From positions 294 to 64,293 of the forward strand of contig CALVEO010000005.1 in the NCBI GenBank assembly GCA_944326615.1: 64,000 nucleotides of DNA, written 5' to 3'. Shown here piece after piece: positions 1 to 8,937 of the stretch (the first letter of the stretch is position 1; every line of letters begins with the position of its first letter). Under the pieces are notes generated by a model. That model made no database searches. It had not been told where the DNA came from and saw only the letters and a list, made by a program, of their open reading frames with translations. Source of the DNA: Candidatus Gastranaerophilales bacterium (GTDB lineage: Bacteria > Cyanobacteriota > Vampirovibrionia > Gastranaerophilales > Gastranaerophilaceae). The translations under genes and the position numbers were made by a program.

Positions 1-1
1 A

Positions 2-424
2 TATTTCAGACCATACATTTCGCCATTAAAAATTGCTAATGGAAAAGTAAGTGTATTAGTTTATTTTCAAGATGGAAGTCTGTTTTCATTTGGTCCAAGT
101 TCAATGATATTTTATCCTGACGCAAAAAATTACGAAAAAGAAGTAGATGAAGACGGAAATATAACGGAAAAATCAAAAAAAGACAGAGGTAAAACAAGCT
201 TTACATTCTATTTCAACCCGACAGATAATACAACTAACAACAAATATCATTACGGGAAAGGAATTGAACCTTATAAAGTACGATGGGACGGAACGGAAGA
301 AACGCTTAGAAATGATAACAGTCTTGGATGTAAAGAAAATGTCAGCAACGAAAGGGCCTACTGTACCGCGCTAATTCAAATGAACGGATGGAAAATTCCA
401 AAAGATTATCCGATTAGATTTTAA
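2..424 (+). CDS. C-terminal part of a probable type IV pilin-like protein (5' end outside window)
   Basis: Frame is open from base 2 (YFRPYISPLKIANGKVSVLVYFQDGSLF...) to the stop at 424. The ending CTALIQMNGWKIPKDYP resembles the C-termini of prepilin-type proteins of this lineage. The N-terminal methylation motif is not visible. Confidence 0.55.
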   Translation, partial: YFRPYISPLKIANGKVSVLVYFQDGSLFSFGPSSMIFYPDAKNYEKEVDEDGNITEKSKKDRGKTSFTFYFNPTDNTTNNKYHYGKGIEPYKVRWDGTEETLRNDNSLGCKENVSNERAYCTALIQMNGWKIPKDYPIRF

Positions 425-429
425 ACAAC

Positions 430-467
430 AAAAAAGCGGCTTTTGTTAACGAAAGCCGCTTTTTTTA
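430..467. terminator. Bidirectional intrinsic terminator
   Basis: AAAAAAGCGGCTTT-N8-AAAGCCGCTTTTTT with A/T tracts on both sides, between convergent genes. Confidence 0.85.
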
Positions 468-481
468 TTTTAAGTTAAATA

Positions 482-1048
482 TTAATTACAAGCACAAACC
501 ATTTCCATATCGCTTGCTACAGAAACTACATTTGAAAAATTATAGTTTTCTACAAGATCACTTTGTTCAAAATAAACACAGTTATCAATAACAAGTTCAT
601 CACATTGTTTTAATGTCAATAATGAAAGATTTTTAGCTGTTTTTGAATCTGTTATAAGTCTGTGAACTTTCATATTTTTAGGGAATGATGTAATTTTTGT
701 ACTTTTTACATTAAATACATTTGCTCTGATATCTGTATTTAATTTTTCAATATTGCTTTTTTCGATGCTTAAAGAATCAGTCCAGATATGTTCCGGCAAT
801 TTACCGATTTTTGCACCAGTCATGTTTACGGAATTTGCATCAATAGCTGATTCAATCTTTTTAATTTCAGCGCCTGACATATCGAGAGTATTTGACACCC
901 AGCCGATAGACAATTTGCCGATAACACATTTTGACAAATTCAAGCTGCCTTCGATGTGGCCTAATTCGAGACTTTTAATTTCGCAGCCTGATAAATCTAA
1001 GTCTCCGCCCTGATAATTGTTAATTAATTCCTGATAATCTCTTTTCAT
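482..1048 (-). CDS. Leucine-rich-repeat-like beta-solenoid hypothetical protein
   Basis: ~20-aa repeats LDLSGCEIKSL / LNLSKCVIGKL / LDMSGAEIKKI / VNMTGAKIGKL. Start moved to ATG 1048, which has a GGAGG RBS upstream. Confidence 0.6.
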   Translation of the reverse strand: MKRDYQELINNYQGGDLDLSGCEIKSLELGHIEGSLNLSKCVIGKLSIGWVSNTLDMSGAEIKKIESAIDANSVNMTGAKIGKLPEHIWTDSLSIEKSNIEKLNTDIRANVFNVKSTKITSFPKNMKVHRLITDSKTAKNLSLLTLKQCDELVIDNCVYFEQSDLVENYNFSNVVSVASDMEMVCACN

Positions 1049-1128
1049 AATAAAAACCTCCAAATTTTTATATCTATATAATATACATATAATTTTTTAA
1101 AATTTAATCCTCCGGTTATATGTTTTTT

Positions 1129-1491
1129 TTAAAAATTCAAATACTTTTCAAGATAATTACATGCATAATCAAGCCGTTGTTTGTCATGCAAAAACCACAA
1201 GCCAATAAGACATTCAAAAGCTGTTGCAAGACGATATTCTGCCTGTATCTGACGCCTGCCGACAGGTATCGGGAGATTTCTTGCGCGGCGGACAATGTCT
1301 TTTTCTTCATCAGTCAAAATATTTTCAAGATAATGAAGAAGTTCTGCCTGAAAAGATGCTTTTACATTTGTGGTTGTAATTTTGTGCAGTTTTGTGGAAT
1401 TATTTGTCAGCCGGACGGTTTTTTCACGTATAAAAATTTCCCATACAGCATCACCAATATAGGCATAATTCCTTAAATTCATTTCTTCCAT
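1129..1491 (-). CDS. mrnC: Mini-ribonuclease III
   Basis: AYIGDAVWE signature, ~120 aa, no dsRBD, YRLATAFECLIG motif. Confidence 0.9.
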   Translation of the reverse strand: MEEMNLRNYAYIGDAVWEIFIREKTVRLTNNSTKLHKITTTNVKASFQAELLHYLENILTDEEKDIVRRARNLPIPVGRRQIQAEYRLATAFECLIGLWFLHDKQRLDYACNYLEKYLNF

Positions 1492-1564
1492 AAAAAGAGT
1501 TTACTACAAATATTGTATTTAATAAAAAATTATGAGATAATTTTTTTATAAAAAGAGAGGACTT

Positions 1565-2212
1565 ATGAAACAAAAAGTTTTAACATTAGGGATTTGCATA
1601 ATTTTAACAGGAATATGTGCAAACGCTTCTGATACCATTCCTGCAGAGACCAAAATTTTTGCGGAAAATCAAAATCAAACCTGTGAATGCAATAAGAGTA
1701 CAAAATGCTTAGATTTGATGACTTCTATGTATAACAGGCGGGCTGCATTATATAATGTTTTAAATCTCTCAAACGACCAGCAGAAATGTAAAGATGTTAT
1801 TGACAAAAAACGTTATGAAGAATTAGGCAGGATTTTTGCACAATATGAACAGGAAAAATTTGTCCTCTCAAACATGTGCAAACATAATGCAAGCAAACAG
1901 GCAATAAAAAAACAAGAGCGTGTTGTAAAAGATATTGCAAAATGCATGAAAAAAACAGGCGAAAAATATGATAAAGAATTCAAATCCGTTTTAAATTCCG
2001 AGCAGAGAGGTAAACTTAATACAATAAGAAAAATGGAACGGAAAGAAATCAAATACTGTCTTAAGAAAAAAGCTTTCTATGAACGCGACCCCAAACTCCG
2101 TCCTTTTGGAGAAAAAATGTATTACGGAGAACAGAATAACGTTCTTTGCCCGGTACACAAAAAATGGCATTTATTCGGCTACAAACACAAAATAAAAGAA
2201 ACTACAGAGTAA
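1565..2212 (+). CDS. Secreted helical protein, Spy/CpxP-like
   Basis: Signal peptide; LNLSNDQQ and VLNSEQRGKL resemble LTxxQ motifs; RBS GAGAGG. Confidence 0.5.
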   Translation: MKQKVLTLGICIILTGICANASDTIPAETKIFAENQNQTCECNKSTKCLDLMTSMYNRRAALYNVLNLSNDQQKCKDVIDKKRYEELGRIFAQYEQEKFVLSNMCKHNASKQAIKKQERVVKDIAKCMKKTGEKYDKEFKSVLNSEQRGKLNTIRKMERKEIKYCLKKKAFYERDPKLRPFGEKMYYGEQNNVLCPVHKKWHLFGYKHKIKETTE

Positions 2213-2262
2213 ATAAATTAAACAAATGATGATTTTTATTTAAAAATCATTACAATATTTAT

Positions 2263-2943
2263 ATGAAGAAATTACTTGTCTTAATCTTAATTTCAATTTT
2301 AACAGCACAGAATTGTTATGCCTGGGGCTGGTTCGGGAAAAAAGATTCCGACAAAAAAGAAGTTTCGACAGAAAATATTGAAATCGAAAATCAAGGTAAA
2401 GGTTATGCCGGCACACTGCCGGATGTTACAAAAAATTTCAGGACAAACGAATCAAAAGTAACAAAACCCGTATTTGAAGAATCAAAAAATTTTAATTCAT
2501 CGGATGAAATAAAACCCATCCCTACAGATAACCCTGCATTTGTAAACATAATGCTTAAGCATGATAAGAGATCACCATATTTAAACGATATATATGGTGA
2601 TATTCTCCCGCAGCTTGAAAATATACTTAAATGTATAGATGATAACAAAAACGTACAAATTTTTAATGCAAAAGTATTTTTCTTCAACAAAACAGTAGAA
2701 TATTTACAAACTAAATATGCAGGGAAACCTGAAAGCAATTACCTTTCATTTGCAAAGCTTCTGGAACTTAACACACACACAAAATCCGTTGCGACTTTGC
2801 GCCGCGAAGCTGAAAAATACAGGCCTTATCTTGCCTACACAGGTTCAGGGTATTTGTATAATGAAAATGTAATAAACCAGCAGCTTGAATATCTAAAAAC
2901 AGAAATTCAGGATACTATTGTAATATTAAGAGAAGAAAAGTAA
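2263..2943 (+). CDS. Secreted hypothetical protein
   Basis: 226-aa ORF with a Sec-type signal peptide (MKKLLVLILISILTAQNCYA). Confidence 0.7.
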   Translation: MKKLLVLILISILTAQNCYAWGWFGKKDSDKKEVSTENIEIENQGKGYAGTLPDVTKNFRTNESKVTKPVFEESKNFNSSDEIKPIPTDNPAFVNIMLKHDKRSPYLNDIYGDILPQLENILKCIDDNKNVQIFNAKVFFFNKTVEYLQTKYAGKPESNYLSFAKLLELNTHTKSVATLRREAEKYRPYLAYTGSGYLYNENVINQQLEYLKTEIQDTIVILREEK

Positions 2944-2946
2944 TTA

Positions 2947-3726
2947 TTACTTAATCCCCCATTTTTCCTGCATCCTGTTAAGGCGTCCTTTAGCTTGCAA
3001 ACCTTCTATAACATAATTAACTCTGTTCATAAGTCTGATAGAATTCTCATCTTTTCGAAAAGCAGCAGCATAAGGCTCTTTTGAATATCTTTTTGGCAAA
3101 AGTTTTACTGATTTGTCATTAACCGCAAAACCCAGAAGTATAGTATCATCAGCAACAATTCCCTGCGCTTTACCTGCCTTCAAGGCTCTATAAGCCTGTG
3201 CATAAGTTTTATACCCTATAACTTTAACTTCCGGAACATTTCTTCTAAGATTTCTTTCACTTGTTGAGCCGAAAACAATAATAAGTCTTTCACCTTCAAA
3301 ATCGCTCAAAGATGTAGCCTTGCTGGAACTATTAACAAGAATAGCCTGTCCTGCCATATAATAAGGAGTTGAAAAATTTAAAATTTGTTGTCTTTGATTA
3401 GTAATAGACATAGCAGCAATAAGCATGTCTACATCACCGGAATTAAGTTTCATAATTCTATCAGAAGCTGATACAGGCACAAATTGCACTTTATTTTCAT
3501 TTCCGAGAATATTTCCTGCAATAATTTTTGCAAGATCAATATCATACCCTATAAGGCTGCCGTCTTTGTCTCTAAAGCCAAACGGCGGCGCATCATCACG
3601 CACACCTATAATAATTTTATCACGCTTCATAATCTTGCTTAAATCATCACCTACATCTTTTTTCTTACCGCAGCCGCAGCAAAAAAGACATAATAACAAT
3701 ACTGCTAAAATAACCTTTTTCATCAT
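2947..3726 (-). CDS. Polar amino-acid ABC transporter substrate-binding protein (family 3), probable lipoprotein
   Basis: IIIGVRDDAPPFGF, GYDIDLAKIIA, SITNQRQQILNFSTPYY motifs; N-terminal Cys-rich lipobox-like region. Start taken at MMKK. Confidence 0.9.
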   Translation of the reverse strand: MMKKVILAVLLLCLFCCGCGKKKDVGDDLSKIMKRDKIIIGVRDDAPPFGFRDKDGSLIGYDIDLAKIIAGNILGNENKVQFVPVSASDRIMKLNSGDVDMLIAAMSITNQRQQILNFSTPYYMAGQAILVNSSSKATSLSDFEGERLIIVFGSTSERNLRRNVPEVKVIGYKTYAQAYRALKAGKAQGIVADDTILLGFAVNDKSVKLLPKRYSKEPYAAAFRKDENSIRLMNRVNYVIEGLQAKGRLNRMQEKWGIK

Positions 3727-3767
3727 AAAAAAATAATACTTTAAACAAAAAGAAAAAACCACCATTA

Positions 3768-3966
3768 TTTAGAAGATAGGAAGGTAGGTTATTTGGCAGA
3801 TGGAGGACCGGAGGTCAAACGGATTTAGAGGGTAGGAAGATAAGAAGGTAGGAGGGTAGGCTGTTTTATGGGCAAAAGCTTATCTTCCTATCCTCTTAAC
3901 CTCTTAGCTTCTGAATTGTACCCCACCCCTTCCCCTGCCTAATCAGGGAGGGGGAGCGTGCCGCTC
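3768..3966 (+). repeat. Composite intergenic repeat, copy R1 (purine-rich 8/9-mer hairpin + CCCxCCC palindrome + mini-hairpin)
   Basis: GAAGATAG/GAAGGTAG units followed by the complementary AGCTTATCTTCCTATCCTC...CTCTTAGCTTCT arm; similar to 8793-8910(-), 24485-24700 and 45503-45642(-). Confidence 0.85.
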
Positions 3967-3996
3967 CACCCTCCAAATGGGTTTTGGCTTAGAGCA

Positions 3997-6147
3997 TTAC
4001 TTGATTTTTGCTTCTAATTTGTCAAGACGGGATTTTAGTTCTTGATTTTCTTTTTCTAACGCGGTTACGCGGGAATCAAGTTCTTTTATTGCATTTATCA
4101 CTGCATAGAACATGTCTTCCATACGAATGGTCAAGAAGCCGTCGACCCCTTTTTTAACCGCATCTGGAAAAACTTTTTGCAAGTCCTGTGCAATTACGCC
4201 GACATGAGGGGTTTTCTTTTCGTCTTTTTTGAAGGTATAATTAAATACTTTCAACTGACGAATCTTATCTAAACCGGATGTGTTTGCTGTGCCTACATAT
4301 TTTAAGCGGCGATCGGAAAACACTGAATCACTATGTGAAAATTCCCCGTCAGAATTATAATAATTATACATTTCAGAACTTTTAGACAAATTAGCAACCT
4401 TCAAATTCCCGTTTTCATCTGTTGCAAATGCTGATATATCGTCATTATTACCGGCAAAATTCTTTCCTCCAGATCCGCCGGCATATGCCATTTTTGCAAC
4501 TATAATACCTTTTACAATTAAATTTCCATTGATTACAACTCCTGTATCAGTTACTCCGAGATGACTATCAACCTTTAACTGATTCATAGAGTTATGTACC
4601 TCTAATACTGCAGAACCAGCGTTAAAATTTGAACGACTGCCTATAAAAACGCGTTCGTCATTGTCACTTTCCGCATCAGAACCAAAATTTGGACCGGAAT
4701 TTGCACCGATACATATTTTATTACTGCCGGTCACACGGGAACAGGCAAGGGAACCAATGGCTGTGTTATTACTACCGGCTAACAAGGATTTCAAAGAGTT
4801 TGGTCCAAGTGCAACATTTGATGAACCATTATCTAAATTTGTTAATGAATAATAACCAATACCTATATTGGGTGTATCAACTGAAGTAGTATTTATTTTA
4901 TAAAGTGCACGGGTACCTATAGCTATTGATTCATTTGTCGCATCGGCAGTACCCATTGCTTCTGTACCTATAGCAATATTATTGCCTTTAGAAGACAGAT
5001 AACGGTGAGTAACAGATTTTGCTCCGTTACCGATTGCTATTCCGTTTAACCCTTTGGATTGAGCCTCTCTACCTATAGCTATACTATTCTCTCCATACGC
5101 TTTTGCTAAATAAGGGCCGATTGCAAGAGAATAATCGCCGTATGTCTCGGCCTCATCACCTATAGCTATAGAATATTGATTTGAAGAAATTGTTTCGGTG
5201 CCTATAGATATTGAATTTACCGCTTTCGCGTTTGAATCCCGACCTATTGCTATACTTTTACCGCCATTTGATATTGAACTTGTACCGATTGCTATGGAAT
5301 CGCCTATGGTACCACCACTGCCAGCATCATAACCGGATTGGGAAGCGCTGCCTATAGCTATTGAGCGTAAACCTACTGTATAAGCCCCACTAAGTGCTGC
5401 ACCGCCATCCTGCTCGTCTGTTGTCATTGAACTTCCAATAGCGATTGAACCGTTACCATAGGCCGTCGATTGATAACCGATGGCTATAGATTTCGCAAGA
5501 TTAGCTGGGAAACCTGAAACAACATTATTTGAATTTGTGCCGATCGCTATATTATCTGTTCCGGCTGTATTACCCTGCAAGGAATTTGCGCCAATTGCGA
5601 CATTACCGCTGCCGGTATTAGAGTTCAATGCATTGGAACCTATTGCGGTATTTAAGCTGCCATCGGTATTAGTAGCTATTGCATTATGACCGATAGCTAC
5701 ATTATCGTCACCTGCTGTATTCGCTGATAACGCATTAATGCCTACGGTTGTATTACGTTCACTGTTCTCGTTCGGACGGGTATTGCTTAAATATAAATTA
5801 TTTCTTTGGTCAAGACTTAAACGGCCCAAAATTGATGCACCCTGTTTAAATAAAATATGACTGAAAGTGCTGTTGTCTGCTACATTGATGAGTAACTTGG
5901 TATCGGCATCATCGCCGGTTGTGTCGTGCTGCCCGATTAATGCCACCTGCTGTTCGCCAGCGCCAAAATACGCATCTGACCCGTTCGTTGAATAGCGCCA
6001 GGGTGATGAATAATCTGATTTGTTACGCGTTGTCATTACAGGCGCCATGGCCGCCAAAATGATACTCATGATTAACATCACGACCATCATTTCCGCTAAA
6101 GTAAACGCCCCGTAACAGCTTTTTTGCTGCTTCCAAAATTTCCTCAT
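3997..6147 (-). CDS. Prepilin-type N-terminal methylation domain + YadA-like head repeats + Peptidase S74 intramolecular chaperone (adhesin)
   Basis: GA|FTLAEMMVVMLIMSIILAAMAP; many S(I/L)AIG and NxAIG repeats; C-terminal FSDRRLK...HVGVIAQDLQKVFPDAV plus a terminal coiled coil. Confidence 0.85.
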   Translation of the reverse strand: MRKFWKQQKSCYGAFTLAEMMVVMLIMSIILAAMAPVMTTRNKSDYSSPWRYSTNGSDAYFGAGEQQVALIGQHDTTGDDADTKLLINVADNSTFSHILFKQGASILGRLSLDQRNNLYLSNTRPNENSERNTTVGINALSANTAGDDNVAIGHNAIATNTDGSLNTAIGSNALNSNTGSGNVAIGANSLQGNTAGTDNIAIGTNSNNVVSGFPANLAKSIAIGYQSTAYGNGSIAIGSSMTTDEQDGGAALSGAYTVGLRSIAIGSASQSGYDAGSGGTIGDSIAIGTSSISNGGKSIAIGRDSNAKAVNSISIGTETISSNQYSIAIGDEAETYGDYSLAIGPYLAKAYGENSIAIGREAQSKGLNGIAIGNGAKSVTHRYLSSKGNNIAIGTEAMGTADATNESIAIGTRALYKINTTSVDTPNIGIGYYSLTNLDNGSSNVALGPNSLKSLLAGSNNTAIGSLACSRVTGSNKICIGANSGPNFGSDAESDNDERVFIGSRSNFNAGSAVLEVHNSMNQLKVDSHLGVTDTGVVINGNLIVKGIIVAKMAYAGGSGGKNFAGNNDDISAFATDENGNLKVANLSKSSEMYNYYNSDGEFSHSDSVFSDRRLKYVGTANTSGLDKIRQLKVFNYTFKKDEKKTPHVGVIAQDLQKVFPDAVKKGVDGFLTIRMEDMFYAVINAIKELDSRVTALEKENQELKSRLDKLEAKIK

Positions 6148-6459
6148 AAATTACCCTTTCTCATACAGAAAACTAACTGTTATAAAAACAGTATATCTGC
6201 ATTTTTATATTATCTTTCATTCCTTATATTTCCATTATAACCATTTTTTAGAATTTTGCAACATTATTAACATAAGATGATTTTTTTTCTAAATATATAT
6301 TTACATTAAAAAAATGTTTGCTTGCAAATAGCCCGACAGAATAACCGCTTACGGTAATGTTTATATAGCAGAATAAAGTACATAATCTAGTATTAGTTTG
6401 TTTTTTAAAAATATTTTTGGGGTTTTTTCAAAAAAAGCCCATAACACAAGGAGGTAAAA

Positions 6460-8502
6460 ATGACTATTAAAAAACTGACTGTGGCAGCTGCAATTGCCGT
6501 TGGAATAGCAACGTGTTCCTTGAATCAGGCAATGGCGGCTTGTCCCTGCGAAGCTCCGGCCACTCCGGCGCCATGTGCAGAACCATTACCTGTAGTAACA
6601 GGTCCGGCTTGTCCATGTGAGACGGCAAAACCTAATACATGTACAAAATGCAATAAATCATTGCCTGACTGCGACTGCCAGAAACCGGATCCATGCGCAG
6701 ATCCTTGCGATCCATGTGAAACTGAAAAAAAATCAGACTGCGGATGCCCGGATGAAATAAGCTGCGATCAGCCGGCAGAACCTGCATGCGCTGTTTGCCC
6801 GCAAACAGGAAAACCTGACAGAAAAGACATGAAACAGGTTTATGGTTATCCTAACGCTATTTACGGAACCAATAACTACATAGGCCAGCCTGCAAATTCA
6901 ATCTTCTCGACAGATACACCGCTTGCAGGCACACCAAGAGTGCTTTCATCAAATATAAACGGTACAACTGTATCTTCTCAAGGTCAGGTTACAGGCGCTG
7001 CAACCCAAATGCCATGTCTGAACGAAGCTCCGACAAGACATAACGGTATTCCAATTGACAGAAATGACAGACTAATGGACGGCAACAATTGTCCGATTGA
7101 CTTCCAGTCAACTAACTCAATTGATGCTGTAAGAAAATCTTTCGTTCCATACGAAATCCCTAACCAGGTTATGCAGACAACAGGTGCTGCTGCAAACCTC
7201 GGCGGATGTCAGTTTCCGGATGTTCCAAACGGATTCTGGGCTGCATGCGACATTGATAAATTAGCTATAAACGATGTTGTAGTAGGTTATCCTGACGGAT
7301 ACTTCAAACCTAACAGAAATATTTCTCGTGCAGAATTTGCAACAATTCTTGTTAAAGGATTTAATCTTGATAAATGCGATATGCCAAGAGAAGGTCTGTT
7401 TAAAGATGTTCCAAAAAGCAACTGGGCTAATGCCGCAATTGCAAAAGCTGTTGATGAAGACCTGTTAAAGGGTTACCCCGATGGAAATTTCAAACCTAAC
7501 CACCCTGTAACAAGAGTCGAAGCTTTGACAACAATTGCTAAAGGTATGACCTGCGACATTGACCAGTGTAAAGCTGATGAAATCTTAAGCAAATACGCAG
7601 ATGGAAATTCTATTCCTAACTGGGCAAGAATTCCGGTTGCTAAATCACTTGAAAACGGTGCTTTAAAAGATTCACCAAATCCGAATATGATTATGCCTAA
7701 CAAAGAAGCCACACGTGCAGAAGTAGCTTCAATGATGCAGACAGTTCGTGTTGCATTAGGTTATGACACTAACCCGAAAACCGCAAACAACATCTGTCCT
7801 GCTTGCCCTGTAAACAAAAATGCTTTTGTTGAACAGGAAGAAATTGTTAAAATTCCTACATTAAAAGTTAAAATGATTGACCAGTTAACCGCAAAATCAT
7901 CTCACGTAGGACAATACTTCAGAGCAAACACTCTTGAAGATGTAACAATTAACGGTGTAACTTATCCTTGCGGTTCTACCGTAACAGGACAGGTTGTCGA
8001 AGTTATAAGACCTTCCGGATGCGATAAAGGTGCGTTAAAATTGTCTTTCACCGAAATTAAAAACGGCGACTGCAAAACAAAACTGCCTAAACAAATTTTG
8101 CAGGCACAGGTTAACAAATCAAAACAGGTTAACCCTGTTGCAAGATTGGTAGAAATGCCATTTACACTAGCAGGTTCATTAGTTGGTGTAGCAGGCAGAA
8201 CAGTCGGCGGTGTTGTCACAAACCTCGGTAACGCTGTTGAAAACGTTTCTAACGATGCAGGTTATATGTTAGGCCACGTATTCCAGGGACAATTCGGCGC
8301 TGCTGCACGTAACTTAGGCGATGGCTTATGGGAAACAGTTAAAGCTCCTGTTGATGTTACAAGAACGGCTCTATCAGGTACAATGGGCTTATTCCAGACT
8401 ACAGGCGACGAATTTGCTTACCTTGTTGACCCGCGCGGATACAAAATCTCCGCTGTAAATCCAAGAGAACACATTACTATTGCATTCGGCTGCTCTGAAT
8501 AA
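6460..8502 (+). CDS. Secreted S-layer homology (3x SLH) protein with a Cys/Pro-rich N-terminal region
   Basis: Signal peptide; FPDVPNGFWA...GYPDGYFKPNRNISRAEF, FKDVPKSNWA...GYPDGNFKPNHPVTRVE and a third degenerate SLH repeat; RBS GGAGG. Confidence 0.9.
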   Translation: MTIKKLTVAAAIAVGIATCSLNQAMAACPCEAPATPAPCAEPLPVVTGPACPCETAKPNTCTKCNKSLPDCDCQKPDPCADPCDPCETEKKSDCGCPDEISCDQPAEPACAVCPQTGKPDRKDMKQVYGYPNAIYGTNNYIGQPANSIFSTDTPLAGTPRVLSSNINGTTVSSQGQVTGAATQMPCLNEAPTRHNGIPIDRNDRLMDGNNCPIDFQSTNSIDAVRKSFVPYEIPNQVMQTTGAAANLGGCQFPDVPNGFWAACDIDKLAINDVVVGYPDGYFKPNRNISRAEFATILVKGFNLDKCDMPREGLFKDVPKSNWANAAIAKAVDEDLLKGYPDGNFKPNHPVTRVEALTTIAKGMTCDIDQCKADEILSKYADGNSIPNWARIPVAKSLENGALKDSPNPNMIMPNKEATRAEVASMMQTVRVALGYDTNPKTANNICPACPVNKNAFVEQEEIVKIPTLKVKMIDQLTAKSSHVGQYFRANTLEDVTINGVTYPCGSTVTGQVVEVIRPSGCDKGALKLSFTEIKNGDCKTKLPKQILQAQVNKSKQVNPVARLVEMPFTLAGSLVGVAGRTVGGVVTNLGNAVENVSNDAGYMLGHVFQGQFGAAARNLGDGLWETVKAPVDVTRTALSGTMGLFQTTGDEFAYLVDPRGYKISAVNPREHITIAFGCSE

Positions 8503-8544
8503 ATCTGCAGCACCAGCACAGTACAATTTGTTCGAAGCCTGGGG

Positions 8545-8576
8545 AAAACCGGTATCTTTTTAAGATACCGGTTTTT
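8545..8576 (+). terminator. Intrinsic terminator
   Basis: AAAACCGGTATCTT-ttt-AAGATACCGGTTTT after the SLH gene. Confidence 0.85.
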
Positions 8577-8580
8577 CTTA

Positions 8581-8760
8581 CAATGACAGAACAAGCTCAT
8601 GCAAAACTCAAATGACGTCTGGAACGGCTACACTGCCATACAATGACTTAAAAAATTTATGCAAAACCCAATATGATGGGTGTAGCGGCACGCTCACCCT
8701 CCCCGAATGGAAAGGGAGCGTAGCCGCTGCACACGATACCTAGGTCTTGCATGAACTTGT
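8581..8760. repeat. Three degenerate copies of a ~50-bp unit (two direct, one inverted)
   Basis: ACAAGCTCATGCAAAACTCAAATGACG..GGAACGGCTACACT (8590-8633); a related unit 60 bp downstream; inverted copy ACAAGTTCATGCAAGACC...GCAGCGGCTACGCT (8717-8760, minus). Confidence 0.7.
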
Positions 8761-8792
8761 TATATCACTACAAGAAGGTAAACTTCGACAAT

Positions 8793-8918
8793 TAGAAAAT
8801 AAGCTTTTTAATGTAAACGACCTACCTTCCTAACTTCTTACCTTCCTATCTTCTAAACCAGCTTGACATCCTGACATCCGATCTTTCGTCTGCCGCATAG
8901 CTTACCTTCTTACGCTCT
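8793..8918 (-). repeat. Composite intergenic repeat, copy R2 (inverted)
   Basis: Reverse complement reads ...GTCAGGATGTCAAGCTGGTTTAGAAGATAGGAAGGTAAGAAGTTAGGAAGGTAGG...TTTACATTAAAAAGCTTAT, which aligns with 24506-24585. Confidence 0.85.
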
Positions 8919-8937
8919 ATATATCCTAGCAAGCAGT

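Noticed and set aside
753-1476. Plus-strand ORFs 753-1013 and 1120-1476
   Set aside because: Antisense shadows of the LRR-like and mini-RNase III genes, with no recognisable motifs.
2-6147. Diversity-generating retroelement acting on pilin or adhesin genes
   Set aside because: No reverse transcriptase, and no template/variable repeat pair differing at adenines was seen.
6261-6275. TTAACATAA as the XerD arm of a dif site
   Set aside because: Only a partial match in very AT-rich DNA, with no XerC arm at the proper 6-bp spacing.
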